Shown: positions 11,798 to 23,901 of the stretch, one piece after another | How positions within the stretch are numbered: position 1 is the first letter of the stretch | Layout of the letters: each line of letters begins with the position of its first letter | NCBI GenBank assembly: GCA_034226945.1 | Contig: CP120457.1 | Coordinates: 558,001 to 622,000 of the forward strand | DNA length: 64,000 nt | Direction: 5' to 3' | From: Picochlorum sp. SENEW3 | Taxonomy: Eukaryota | Notes under the pieces: model-generated | What the model was told of the DNA's origin: nothing | The model's input: only the letters and a program-made list of their open reading frames with translations | Databases searched by the model: none | Position numbers and translations under genes: made by a program

Positions 11798-12463
11798 TCA
11801 TTGCCAATCTTTACATTTCATTCTTGAGTGTATAGTAGACCATGAGAAACAAAATTTAGACACAGATATGCATATATACATGGTAGTTTTTATGGGCTTG
11901 GCAGCTACGAAATCAGGATAATATTCCTGCACAGTCTCAATGGTATTTGGGCCCCATCCTTGATTATAGTCGCACCCAAGGATACCCATTAATGCTGTTT
12001 GCAAATCTGCTCCAGATTCCTCGGCACGCTTCTGCAATTCAGGTGTGCAGGGGTCATTCCCTGTTAGGTCTATTCCCAATGATTCGGCATCACCGGACAT
12101 CAATTGGCTTGCAAGGATTGTTGGGTCGGCTGGGAAGTCTTCATAGTTGAGATCCAAATATGGGTATAACTTGAAAAGGAAGTCTCCCAGCAATGAAGAG
12201 AAGCATGTGTCACAGGCATCGAATGTTGGGCTCCTGCCAAGAGTCTCTGCACACACAAGACCATACCATGTGAGCAGGCATCAATGTGTGTTGTCGTGTG
12301 ATAACGATCAACACGAGTTGTAATACGTACCGCACGAGTCATACAAATTAGTAAAGTTCAATGAATCCAACACATCGGCTGGAATGTTGCACGTTTCCTC
12401 AGCTTTCACTCCCCCAACAGCAACCAACAGCAGTGGCACAGCAATAGCAGAAAATGTCTTCAT
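11798..12463 (-). CDS. Small secreted Cys protein (paralog 2), 2 exons
   Basis: Signal peptide MKTFSAIAVPLLLVAVGGVKA followed by CNIP...SC. Intron 12247-12330 sits at the same position and phase as in paralog 1, then ACDTC...C...C...VQEYY. The 3' end is uncertain. Confidence 0.7.
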
Positions 12464-12740
12464 TGTGAATGATGGGCAGGGATCTTCTTGCGGACACAAG
12501 TATCAAGGATGTATAATTGAATATTTATGGCCATATCATCGGCGCAATCTCCACTATATAGCAATCCTTCGTCGCCATGATGCCTGGGCCTGCATTGGAC
12601 GCCATGGGTCATCCCATGCGCGTTTCGAGTATTCCAAGAAGAGCGCGGGTAGACTGCCACGTGGCATCATTCTAGGCACAGGATGATTATTTTTTAACAA
12701 CCATGTACAAGAATATATAACGATAGCAATAGTAGTACGA

Positions 12741-14104
12741 TTACATTGACAGATCTACAAGATTCGGTCTTCTCAACTCGGGAGGCAGCTTTTGATTCAA
12801 CTTTTGTGTCACTCTCTCGGCTGCAAGGCGCTTGCGCTCAACCTCGTCCATATTCATATTCACCTGCGGTGATGCGTCATTTCTCTTTGCTTTAATCAAC
12901 ATGGAATCATCCCCGGACTGGTATGATTGCCGCAAAGATTCTTCCATGGCATGAGAGGCATCAAAGGCACTTGTCTTTCTGCCAACTGGCTGCACCTGTG
13001 GGGATGCACTGTACTGCACAAGGCTCTGAATCTGTTCGGGGTCCAAATGCGGCAGGACCATTTTCGCAAGCCTCTCTGCAGTCTGCAATCCGATTTCCTC
13101 GCCACCACCCTGCGGAGTCTGCAAGGGCGTGGTTGTGTGAGCTACATCCTCCCCATGGTACAACTGTGGAGAAATATCTTGACTCAGCGCGTTACTATAC
13201 ACTGTGAATCCTGATAGAGGAGTTCTTGATCGTTGATTCTCCTGGGTATTCTGTCTCGTCGCTGGTGTCGCATGTCCACTGAGCAACGAGCATGCAGGCG
13301 GTGTCACATGGGCATGCCTCATCACATTGCCACTGTACGGCGTCGTCCCGGCAACATGCTGCGCCACTGCCGGTGATGTTATTCTATTTTCAATACTCAT
13401 CCTCTTCTCTGGAGAATGCACACCGAGCTGCTCAAGGGCCGTCCGCAGAAGCCCACCCAACTGCACCTGTTGCTCCTCTGCATCACTCAATGCATGTTCA
13501 CACTTCATCAACGCATGGCCTCGCGCAGTCGCCAGCGCTTCTGCCCTCTCTCTCGCAAATTCAGCAATTCTCACTTCTTCCTGAGCTGCTTCCAACGCCA
13601 TATGAAGCTCTGAACATTTCTGCACACCGATTCCAGTAAATTCATGAATGCCAACAACGGTCATCAACAATATAAACACACGCACCGCCTTCATATCCTG
13701 TCTAGCTTTGGCAATACCAGCTACTTTACCAATCATATCACTCACACGCTCCGAGTCTTGCACAGGCAACTGGGCTCGGTGAAGTCGTTTCATCGAATTT
13801 GGATCCACCACCTGTTGCCTCAGTCCTAAACCGGTGAAATGATACTCTATATCAGACTCTATAACATCCATTGCTTTAGATTTTGCATATATCGCCTACA
13901 CACGTGGATGCAAGACGTGAGTTCAGAGTATGACACGTTCAACAACCAACCCCCAACCACCTCAAAAGAACAGAGCCATCGATACTGCCAACATACTTCA
14001 TTTTGCATCATTGAAGAATGCGTTGTGACCCATTCACCAGGGGAACCGTCATCTCTGGAGTCGTGAAGACCGCCATCAACGCAGAAGAGTCTCCGTAAGA
14101 ACAT
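12741..14104 (-). CDS. Hypothetical coiled-coil protein, probably 3 exons
   Basis: 376 aa ORF with a heptad/charged stretch. A likely first exon from 14104 (MFLRRLFC...QNE|gtatgt) splices in frame at tgtgtag ~13896, and a short in-frame intron is likely at ~13620-13685. Confidence 0.55.
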
Positions 14105-14168
14105 GATGAGACTAGATTCTTTGCGGTCTTCTTCCTTCTACTATAAATATGTTACTCAAATAGTGTCT

Positions 14169-15299
14169 TTATTTATTCATTAAAAATGGACCCATGGTTG
14201 CTCTCAGCACGGTCACATGATCCCCAACTGACACCGCGACGGTTCCCTCTGGCAAGGGCGCCTTGCTCTGGTCATCTCCTCTTGGAATAGAAGCAGCAGC
14301 GTCGTCTCTGCTTTCATCCTGCACTGATGATGATGATGATGTAGTAGTAGTAGTCTCAGGTGGCACCAGACATGCGTTGATGCCGAAGAATGTCGAATGC
14401 TTGAAGGAAGGAGGATCCTCCCATCCAAGCAGAGTCCCCTTTCTCATGGCAGCCAATGCCTCACGCACATAGTCATTCTTCTCACCAGTCTGTGGATCGA
14501 CAGATGGTATCGCACATCGAGAGCATGGCTTCACAAGACTAAATATGCTTCCATCCTCATTGGGGTCAGGTACATGGTGGAGTGCCACACGCCTCATGCA
14601 GTCTTCCTGCCAGGGCATCCCACCTGCTACACAAATATTTCCTCGGAATCTCTTCATATCGATCGGAGTATGTCCCTGATCTACTATATAGGTATTTAAA
14701 TCTTTGAGAGATTCTTCAAAGACGAATAAATACGGGAATCCATCAGCAAACAAGACACGTGCAGGAGTCTCATTCACCCATGCAGGGTCCACATCTCGAT
14801 GATGCGTCACTGGATCGCAATGAACGATATGCGATTCCACCCCTAACACACGCGATATCCATTCAGATGCATGCGCGCCTCCAACTACTCGAGCAGGCCC
14901 CTGCCACTCCCACACAGTCACATTGATACCGTCTCCCTCTTCATCAACAGATGGCAGTTTCAATGGATCTATCTTATTCCTACTAGCATCTCCTGATGGA
15001 GCGCGTAGAATCAGGTGTGAATCAGATGCATCCACTTCCTCCGACGTCAGGAGCTGTGGTGGATACCAATCCACTTCAATCCCACAGAGTCCTGTCGAGT
15101 ATGGTCCTCTGAGGGTCATAAACCGCCCATCTTTCTTGCTCACAATCATATAGGACCTGTCCCTGATAACACCATTTACTGTTGATAAACCTAATGGAGT
15201 CGCGATGGCTTTTGTCAGTGAAATCCCAGGCAGAGACTTGATTGGGTACACAACCAATGCCGACACGCGGAGCGAATTGGCTTCTTCGTCGTGGATCAT
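14169..15299 (-). CDS. MOSC-domain protein (mARC-like molybdenum enzyme)
   Basis: Motifs LVVYPIKSLPG, DRSYMIV, FADGFPYL, RFRGNI and KPCSRC. First ATG at 15299. Confidence 0.9.
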   Translation of the reverse strand: MIHDEEANSLRVSALVVYPIKSLPGISLTKAIATPLGLSTVNGVIRDRSYMIVSKKDGRFMTLRGPYSTGLCGIEVDWYPPQLLTSEEVDASDSHLILRAPSGDASRNKIDPLKLPSVDEEGDGINVTVWEWQGPARVVGGAHASEWISRVLGVESHIVHCDPVTHHRDVDPAWVNETPARVLFADGFPYLFVFEESLKDLNTYIVDQGHTPIDMKRFRGNICVAGGMPWQEDCMRRVALHHVPDPNEDGSIFSLVKPCSRCAIPSVDPQTGEKNDYVREALAAMRKGTLLGWEDPPSFKHSTFFGINACLVPPETTTTTSSSSSVQDESRDDAAASIPRGDDQSKAPLPEGTVAVSVGDHVTVLRATMGPFLMNK

Positions 15300-15405
15300 C
15301 CTCTTGCGTGCTTTTTCATTCCTTCCTATGAATAATCGATACAAATTATTAGATTATTATTTTTTAAATGCACAATGGATAGATTGGTAGTATCAAACAG
15401 AATAT

Positions 15406-16150
15406 TCATGTCCCGAAATTCATGGCACCCCGCTGCTCATCGCCTGGAACTTGATGATCTTTGGGAACTGGCCTGCTTTCATAGACGCAGTGCACTGCCT
15501 CGCGAGACCTCTTCTCTACCTCTCCTTTCAAGCCAATAAACGTAATCTCTGTTGGCTCATCGCAATCATCTGGGTCATCGCTTGTGCTGGAAAAATTCAA
15601 TGGAATGTGCACATCAAGGCAGTGGACTCCAGTGAAAATATATGGCCTGCATGGAGGAGAATGGTAGTACAAAGTCAATACTAATCCTATATCACGATAT
15701 TTTTGAAGGACGAGACTTATTATTCACGTACTTGACAGGATACTCAATCGTTCCAGCTTGATGTGACTCGAACAAATCCCATTCCTGATCTGGCTTCATG
15801 TCCCGAACAGATTCAAAATCCAAACCATTCCTATTCTTAAACATCCGTACTCGACGAGGTGCAGAGCCTTGATGTCCCATGTTGAGTATCGTCATTCCTG
15901 TAAGTTTGACAGTCCCAGTAAACTCAATGTGCAACAACAATTCCGGATCATCATCGTCACTTCTCAATGGCACATCAATGGCATCTAATCTGGCATCCCA
16001 CGATCGAAACACGTTCAAACAGCTCGATGGGCTGCTCTCATTGAGACAACAGGTATGAGATGTATCTATATGCTGATAGAGCGTCCACTGACCCCCGCAT
16101 TCTTCTTCCACGCAGTCATGGTCATGGGCACAGCACCCTCGTCCAGACAT
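15406..16150 (-). CDS. PITHD1: PITH-domain protein (PITHD1-like), 2 exons
   Basis: Motifs CCAHDHDC, LYQHID...CLNE, SDDDDPELLLHIEFTG, FIGLKGE and VYESRP.PKDH. Intron at roughly 15650-15733. Confidence 0.85.
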
Positions 16151-16472
16151 GTATGTGTGCCTTCCTTGTTCTTCTTCTTCGCTTCTATCACACTTGTACC
16201 ACCGCGAATGCTTGCAATTCGTGTTTTCAATATGCGTAGTAATAGTATTCGTATGTAAAAAATATGCTGAGAATGTTTCAACTGTATCCACATTGAATAA
16301 GAATGCTCGACAACGGGTGCGGCACTGCTGCCTTGCAGTCAGCAGGACGACATCATCTGTGCACTGCGCCGTGGGTTTTCTAAATCCATACCAAGGATTT
16401 AAAAAACACCGGGAGATTGGTTCTAGACTGACTGCCGTGTCCCATCACACCCGCATCCAATATATACATAAG

Positions 16473-17531
16473 ATGAATCAACAACAACAACAACAGCCAC
16501 CACCACCTGTGGTGGCCCCGATACCCGCACAGCAGTGGGCTCAGTGCGAGAATCCCAACTGCAACAAATGGCGCTTACTCCCTGCTGGGGCAGTACTGAA
16601 TGAAAATGAGCCATGGTATTGTTATATGAATCCAGATCCTGAGAAGAATACATGCGAGGCTCCTGAAGCGGTACGTCCTTTGAACCTAAAAATATATATG
16701 AGAATATACGTCATGGATTAATTAATGATTAATGAATTCATATGGTCGCCTCGACGAATCTGTACATCCTATCATTGTTGTTGCTGAATATAGGAATATG
16801 ACGAAACAAATGAAGTTATTCTAGAAGCAAACTACCAAGTGCCTGAGACGGCACTGGTGCTGCCCAAAGCAGCTGCTGCTCAGGTCGTCACGAAGACTGC
16901 CCCTGGGGTACCCAAGCCCAAACCAAAAGGGAAGAGACGGGGCCGCCCCAAGGGAGCAAAGAATCATACAGGAGTAGGAGGGGATCCTCGGCAGAGAATG
17001 GTATCATTTGCGGATGATGACGATCTGGATGACATGATTGGAGGTGGAGGAGGACATCGGCGAGGAGATGGTGTTGATAGTGGCAGAAAAATGTCTGCCA
17101 AGTGCCTGGTGAATATTTTGAATAGCATGGTTGACGGCCCTTTTGGATCATCATCAAAAGGAAGTAAAAAGAAGAATGTACCATCACCGTCATCGCCGAT
17201 CGAACGACCCATTCCGATAGAAGATGCCTGGTGGGAAGCACTGTGCAGAATGGCACCAGACAGTGCCCCCATGGCATGCGAGTATGCAGATATTTATAGT
17301 AGCCTGAGCCTCATGAATGGTCAGTTTCCACCAGCGGCTGGTAGTACGAGTACACCAGCACCTTTAGTTATTTCAGAATCGAGTTCCGTTGAAATGCAAT
17401 TGCGCCTTGCAGCCATGTTTGCAGCAGCAAAAGGATTGACCCGCATCTCTGATGGCATGAGTCTGCAAGATCGGACAGAGTGGGATGTCATAGATGATTC
17501 CGGGTTTCACCCTATCAATCAGTATCAATAA
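16473..17531 (+). CDS. CW-type zinc finger protein with AT-hook, 2 exons
   Basis: CW finger WAQCENPNCNKWRLL...WYCYMNPD...C.APE. Intron 16671-16793 joins in frame. AT-hook KRRGRPK. Confidence 0.8.
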
Positions 17532-17559
17532 ATTATTAATACTCTCTCATTGTTACAAC

Positions 17560-18758
17560 ATGTATTGGCTGTCTGCTCTCCCACTTGGGGGAGGCGACCC
17601 AAACAGTGTGTGGAAAACACTCGAGTCTGCCACACAACGGTACCACTATTCACAGAATTTTGCCTTTCATATCCCTGAAGGCTTTAAAATAGGTACATTA
17701 GATTCGCTGTTGGGTCTCAGTGATGACCTTGTCAAGGTGAATACGGCCATTGAGGCAACAGTGAATAAAATCAGGCGTCAGCTATACGAGGTCCAGGAGG
17801 AACTTCCTGAGGATCAAAGACGAGATATTACTATAGAAGGGACCAAACCGGAAGTATATTTGCAGACGTTTGCATGGGATGAAGCGAAATACCCTTCCCG
17901 TCGTCCACCCAAAGATACTGTCGCGGCAATCATGGAAACGGTTCAGGCGTTGGACGAGGATCTCAAGGTATGTGGGTGTGTTATTGTGGTGTGCATGTCA
18001 ATGGATTTGAGAATGGGTGTGCGGTGCAGGTGAAATCGACGGATTATTCACAGTCCAAGACAGCCTTGCAAGCCGTGTTGAGACGGTCCACGGGAAGTCT
18101 TGCTGTGCGTGATGTGTCTCAGATTGTTCCAGAGGATATTCTTGTGTCTACGGAGAATTTGAAGACGGTGGTGGCGATTGTTCCAAAGGCATCTGTGGAC
18201 GAGTGGGTGTCTGGGTATGAGACACTCTCAGAGTTTGTTGTCCCACGGTCGAGCACTGTGGTTGAAGAGGATACAGACTATGCAGCGTTTGCGTTTGTGT
18301 TATTTCGAAGGGTGGCTGATGATGTGAAAGCGGCTGCTCGAGCAAAGGGATTCCAAGTGAAGGATGTGGCTGGGACAGATGTGACAGAGGGTGCTGGGGA
18401 GGAGGAAGAGGAGGTTGTTGGTATCTCAGCGACTCGGTCAGAGACGGCAGCGCGGGTGGAGATGTTGACAAAAGAAGTAGAGAAGAAGAGAGATGCGTTG
18501 AATAGGTGGTGTTTAGTATCGTATGCAGAGGCATTCACGTCTTGGATTCATGTCACTGCAATTCGATTGTTTGTGGAGAGCATCCTGAGGTATGGCCTGC
18601 CACCGCAGTATCTCCCCGTGTTGATAAAGCCAAATCCAAAATACCAGTCGGATCTGCGTAAAGTATTGTCCACCCATTTCTCGACCGTCGGAAGTGAGCA
18701 TTTCACTGGAGATGGGGACTTGTTCCCATTTGTCAGTTTTAATCTGGCGATTGAATGA
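17560..18758 (+). CDS. VHA-C: V-type proton ATPase subunit C, 2 exons
   Basis: Motifs MYWL..LP, FKIGTLDSL..LSDDL.K, F.WDEAKYP, GSLAVRD and RLFVESILRYGLPP. Intron 17968-18029. Confidence 0.95.
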
Positions 18759-18879
18759 TGAATTCTTTGAATTTCAGTTGTTAGAACAAGGGCGGGTGTG
18801 GTAGTGGAATGAGCTTGTCCCGATGTAACATTTTGCGTTGCCTTTTTGGGCTGTTATTTGTAAAAGTAGTAACACTCAT

Positions 18880-20607
18880 ATGTGTTCCTTGAAGATGTTT
18901 TCGAGTTTTCGTTGCGCAACCACATCGGTTCAGCGGATTCCGAAATCTCTTCGGCTCTATCCCTCAGCAGCAACAGTGTTTTATGGTAGAAACTGTACCA
19001 CTATATCTTGTTCAGCATTAATTCATCCTGATGATGGGGTAGAATCGGCGATCAGCGTGGCAAGCTCGGTCCTCGGCAAGACTTTGTCATTTGAATCGAA
19101 ACAGGCTCTGGTTCAAAAACTCACCGATAATTGGTATACAAGCGCCAAAGATATTGCTGATATGAGTGAAGAGGAGTCTATATCACTAGGATTTCCTTTG
19201 CGTCTGAAATCAACCATAGAAAAGGCGCTGGTGGTTGACGAGGAGGGTTCTTCTTCCCACCCTGATGGTATCAAGGCTTCAGAAACACTCGTGGTGAAGG
19301 ATGTTGTTCAGGATGTCACACCCCAGGTGGAGGATGTTCAGGATGCCACATTGGAAGAGAGAGTCTGTCCTCGATTCAATCGGTTTGGTTTTCATACGAA
19401 CGCCATTCCAAAGGTCGTTCCAACTCGATCGAGAATCACAAAGTATAGCATCTCCAAGAAGGAGCTCACGCCACAGCTCAAGGAGGAATTCGATCGCCTG
19501 ATACGATTTGGAACCGAACGCTTCTATGGAGCTCAGTCTGAACCGATAGCCATGGTGACTGCGGAGAAATACACGGATCACCTACGAGGCTTTCTAGGGT
19601 ATTTGGCCAATGTAGACAAGGTGCCACTGGAAGAGCTCTCACTGCAGGCACTCGTCCCATCATCAGGTCGCCAAGGTGTGATTCCTGCATTTAATTATAC
19701 ACAGTGGCTTATTAAAGAGAGAAACATAGCTGTTCGGACTGAATTATTGGTTCTTCGATCGGTGCTTTTCGTTGCAAAGTTTGTATATCATGACCAGTCT
19801 CAGATTGTTCCTGGGTCTGGAGATAAATCATACAGTGATCTGGATGTCGTGAAAGAATTGCGTGCGCTCATTAATTCTCGCCGAAAAGCTTCAAAAGTTG
19901 CTCCGCGAGTGGCGGATGAAAAGACCAAGTGGATGGATTGGAATGAATATTTGTTCCTTGTGCAAGAGCTGAGAAAGGAAACAGGAGCACTCAAAGTAGA
20001 CTCGCGTGGAAATACAGTTCGGCGAGAGGACAAGGATATTGCTTGGTCTTTACAAAAATACCTCATTTTTGCGATTCTGTCATGTATCCCGGACAGACAA
20101 CGAACAATACGGGAGCTCAAGATTGGTGCAACGTTGTTCAAAGAGGAGGGGGACAGATATGTCATTAGACACGGACCTGCTGATTACAAGACTGGAAGAG
20201 CGTACGGCGAGAGAGCCCCGCTCTATATTTCGACTACAATCAACCCGGAATTGGAAGCATATATCAATACATATAGGTCAGCACTCCAACCCAACCACGA
20301 GTATCTATTCACACAAGCGAATGGCCAACCATTGACAGACAAGAGCCTCTACAAACTCTTCTGGACCACATCATTCCGCATTTCAGGCAAGAGGTTGACC
20401 CCCCACATGGTCCGAGATGTCGTGATCACCCACCTCAGAGGAACAGATGCATCAGAAAGAGAACTAGAGGCATTGGCAATATACATGGGACACAGCGTCT
20501 CGGTACAAAAGTCGACCTATGATAGAAGATCCCAACAAGAAAAAGTACAGCCAGCTGTCAATCTGTTAGCATCTATTACTGGCACAAAGGATCCACAAGA
20601 GCCATGA
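18880..20607 (+). CDS. Tyrosine recombinase (phage-integrase fold) with transit-peptide-like N-terminus
   Basis: Catalytic residues in the expected order: R (PDRQRTIREL), K (DYKT), HxxR (PHMVRD), H (YMGHS), Y (STYD). The N-terminus is Ser/Thr/Arg-rich and poor in acidic residues. Confidence 0.8.
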   Translation: MCSLKMFSSFRCATTSVQRIPKSLRLYPSAATVFYGRNCTTISCSALIHPDDGVESAISVASSVLGKTLSFESKQALVQKLTDNWYTSAKDIADMSEEESISLGFPLRLKSTIEKALVVDEEGSSSHPDGIKASETLVVKDVVQDVTPQVEDVQDATLEERVCPRFNRFGFHTNAIPKVVPTRSRITKYSISKKELTPQLKEEFDRLIRFGTERFYGAQSEPIAMVTAEKYTDHLRGFLGYLANVDKVPLEELSLQALVPSSGRQGVIPAFNYTQWLIKERNIAVRTELLVLRSVLFVAKFVYHDQSQIVPGSGDKSYSDLDVVKELRALINSRRKASKVAPRVADEKTKWMDWNEYLFLVQELRKETGALKVDSRGNTVRREDKDIAWSLQKYLIFAILSCIPDRQRTIRELKIGATLFKEEGDRYVIRHGPADYKTGRAYGERAPLYISTTINPELEAYINTYRSALQPNHEYLFTQANGQPLTDKSLYKLFWTTSFRISGKRLTPHMVRDVVITHLRGTDASERELEALAIYMGHSVSVQKSTYDRRSQQEKVQPAVNLLASITGTKDPQEP

Positions 20608-20742
20608 TAATTCACTACAAGCCAATTGGCTGTCCTACATGAGATCTTCATGAAGATCTAGGTCTCTGCAGAGATTGAGACTCTTGATAGGAATAGGCAA
20701 CCCTTATTGGATCATATCATATTAAATTAATAAGGCAATACT

Positions 20743-21841
20743 ATGTTTAGTAGTTATAGTGAAACCGCGGGGTCTGTCCGTGGAAACGACAGAGTTGATA
20801 CCAAGATTTACACGATACAAGTGAATTTCGATGGAGCACTTTGTCACTCATTCAGTGTATCCAAGGCATTACCAGTGCATAAGAGAAGTAAAACAATACT
20901 GAATCAGCTATCAGAATTAGATATTGACGAGGACAGCGCTCTACTGGACTCGCTTAAAATTACAACGACACAGGGGGGAGAGCGAATACCTGTGCCGGAT
21001 CGAGTCAAAGCATCTACTATAGATTCCTTCCTGCGTATGGTGACATTATCATCCATGCTTTCACAGACAACATATTCTGATATCAGTCTCTGGTTCAAGA
21101 CAGCAGGTGCGCAGGTTACACCTGCTACCTGCACACCAAAGGTTGAGCCACAGAACATTGATAAGCCATCAGAAAAGGACGAGGAGTTCATTAGGCTATA
21201 TGTTGAGAGACTAGCAAAATATTTAGGTTTGAATAATACTGCTCATTCCGAGGCACTTGCCACTGTGGTGCAGTCCTGTCTGTCCATCATCATGAATGAT
21301 GATGGTAAGGACTATTCAGTCATCGAGGAGTACGTTCGTACATCATGTCTACATAGTCATTATTATTTCACCTATATACTACCTCGTTGTACGCAGCACT
21401 CTCAATGCATTACAAGCAAACAGTCGAAGACGATCGACATGTAAGGAACAAAGCAATGAAAAAGTGCCAGCAAGTAAAGGAAAATATGTATCAAGCAGTA
21501 AGCCGAGCCCAGGATCGTTCAGGTATGTTTCTGAAAACACACATATATTCAATGTATATTTATATATCAGCAGCATGCATCTGATCTGCGTACAATTCTG
21601 CAGGGCACAAAACGATGCTAAATTCAAGGTAGATCCTTGTATCTATACATTGTACAACGTCAACACTTTATTGTCAAATCTTTCCAAGATCCAGGCAAAA
21701 GATGTGGAGAATATGTTTACTTATACAGCAGTGCTAGTCTTTTCAGGCGAGGCTTCTCATTGCAATTTGAAACTAACAGATTTGTCTGATTCTTTACGAC
21801 AAGCACTCCTGCTGGACAAAGTGACACCTTCCATCAAGTAA
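20743..21841 (+). CDS. Hypothetical protein, probably 3 exons
   Basis: Overlapping ORFs of 233 and 181 aa with plausible introns (gtacgt ~21330 to cgcag ~21397; gtatgt ~21523 to ctgcag ~21603). No recognisable motif. Confidence 0.4.
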
Positions 21842-22253
21842 TAGTAAAGTACGGTGTGTTTTCTGCCATGTTCTGAGACCTCTCACTCTGTCTTCGCCAT
21901 TATATATGGCATGCATGCATGCCAATCAATTGGGCCTTGCAAGGATGGCCATGATCATCATGCCATGATCATGGGCAATGACAAGGAATGCTGCGTCTAG
22001 TTCTTGTCACACATCATCTTCCCAAGACGCAACAATTAACCAAATCTTCTGTAACATTTAGACATAGTAGTCATATTCAAGACCAAAACTGTGGCATAGA
22101 TACCAACAAGAGGTGCGGACGGACATCCGAGCGTTAATAATACGCCTCAGACTTGACCACGTTCTGTAATAGCTCTGGGTGGTATTATTCGACATAGAAA
22201 GCTTTGTAACCTATTAATTTGGCCAAAAAAATAGTCACCATCGTAATAGCAGC

Positions 22254-23495
22254 ATGGTAGTAGGCACACGTCCGTTCAATGTGGTTCTGTGGGGCTCCAC
22301 TGGCTTCACAGGACGCCTCGTGGCAGAGCATATGATGCAAAGTTACGCGAAAGATGACATAAGATGGGCCATGGCTGGTAGATCCAAGGAAAAAGTTCAA
22401 ACCATTCGTGATTCTCTGGCGGAAAAGTATGGAGTTGACGCTGAGAGTGTTCCAATTCTTGTTGGAGATTCGAATGATCTGGCCAGTTTGGAGTCAATTG
22501 CGTCGAGTACCGATGTCATTCTGTCGACAGCTGGCCCATTTTCGCTGTATGGGACCAATGTAGTGGATGCGGCTGTGCTGAATGGGTGTGATTATGTTGA
22601 TATTACCGGTGAAACACCTTGGGTGCAAGGCATGATTCGCAAGCATCATGAGACTGCGAAGCAGAAGGGAATCAGAATCATTCCATGCTGTGGATATGAT
22701 AGTACTCCTTCTGATATGGGCGCATGGGTGGTGGAGAGGGAAGCAAAGAGGCGAGGAAAGAAACTGGTATCTGCACGGACTATGCTCCTGGACTCCAGGG
22801 GTGGTGTCTCAGGTGGTACCATTGCATCTGGGCTGGAGATTGCGGCTGACCCAGAGAATAGAAAGAAGGATCTATCACCATATGCATTCATTCCCGAGGG
22901 AGAGACCAAGGGTGAAGACAAGGATGTATGGGTCCCGAAAACCCACATGGGTGTGACCCTTGCTCCCACCATCATGCAGGCCATCAACTCTCGCGTTGTT
23001 CAACGAAGCAATTATTTGTTGGATTGGGGCAAGAGTTCATTTTCGTACAGTGAAATGATTGCCGTAAAGAGTAAAGTTCAGGCATGGATGGTATCAATTG
23101 CAACTGGCATTGGCGTGTTTTTATTCTCTCAGCCATGGTTGCATGGCCTCCTGAAAAAGATTGTACCCGCTCCTGGTCAGGGACCATCCAGAGAGCTCAT
23201 GATGTCGGGATACTACAAACACCTTGTTGTTGGAGAGACAGAGGATGGTGAGCACATCTTTGGAGAGTTCTCAGACAGTTCTAGAGATCCAGGATACTGG
23301 GGAACATCTCGTCTCGTCTTGGAGGCGGCATTATGCCTTGCGTTGAACAAAAAGGAGCTCGACGAATGCCCAGACGTGCTCCATGGTGGGGTCTTGACGC
23401 CTGCCTCTGCCCTTGGGCCAGTGCTGCAAAAGAGACTGGAGGATGCTGGAATTGTATGCCGCATCACCGAGTCCCCAGACTCGATACAGTACTAA
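22254..23495 (+). CDS. Saccharopine dehydrogenase-like oxidoreductase (SCCPDH-like)
   Basis: Motifs GSTGFTG, AGRS, AGPFSLYG, YVDITGE, CGYDS.PSD, DPGYWGTS and GGVLTPA. Confidence 0.9.
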   Translation: MVVGTRPFNVVLWGSTGFTGRLVAEHMMQSYAKDDIRWAMAGRSKEKVQTIRDSLAEKYGVDAESVPILVGDSNDLASLESIASSTDVILSTAGPFSLYGTNVVDAAVLNGCDYVDITGETPWVQGMIRKHHETAKQKGIRIIPCCGYDSTPSDMGAWVVEREAKRRGKKLVSARTMLLDSRGGVSGGTIASGLEIAADPENRKKDLSPYAFIPEGETKGEDKDVWVPKTHMGVTLAPTIMQAINSRVVQRSNYLLDWGKSSFSYSEMIAVKSKVQAWMVSIATGIGVFLFSQPWLHGLLKKIVPAPGQGPSRELMMSGYYKHLVVGETEDGEHIFGEFSDSSRDPGYWGTSRLVLEAALCLALNKKELDECPDVLHGGVLTPASALGPVLQKRLEDAGIVCRITESPDSIQY

Positions 23496-23901
23496 TGAAT
23501 TAAAATCTACCGAAGAAAATCAATCGAAAAAAGGAGCGACAGAAGCGTATCATATGTAGTCGTTAAATCTGACATTTGAAATTGAAATTGAAACAACAAC
23601 ACCGTGTACCATGCAATTGCAATCGGTCAACGCAGGGCGTTGATAGGGCACCATAGATTTCGCGTTCGATTTTCAAATTCCATGCGACTCCTTCACCCTG
23701 AAACCCCACCCGATGCATGCTAATTTTATTCACTCGATAAGATAAAATTCAAGCAGCTGCTTGGCATGCTGCAAGACAGCTCTCGTCCTAGTATAGACAG
23801 TTGTCACAGTACTAGGCACGCGTGAACGACGTTGTTCACAGTAGGCTGACTCTTAGGCTCAACCTACAGGACAGTAATCTTTGTTATAGATATTCATTGA
23901 T

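Noticed and set aside
18880..21841. Recombinase plus neighbouring orphan gene as a prophage or integrated mobile element
   Set aside because: The context is eukaryotic with introns, and I found no att-like direct repeats or other mobile-element genes.
21900..21980. CATG-rich short palindromes
   Set aside because: CATG/TGCA runs are common across intergenic DNA in this window and are not specific to this site.
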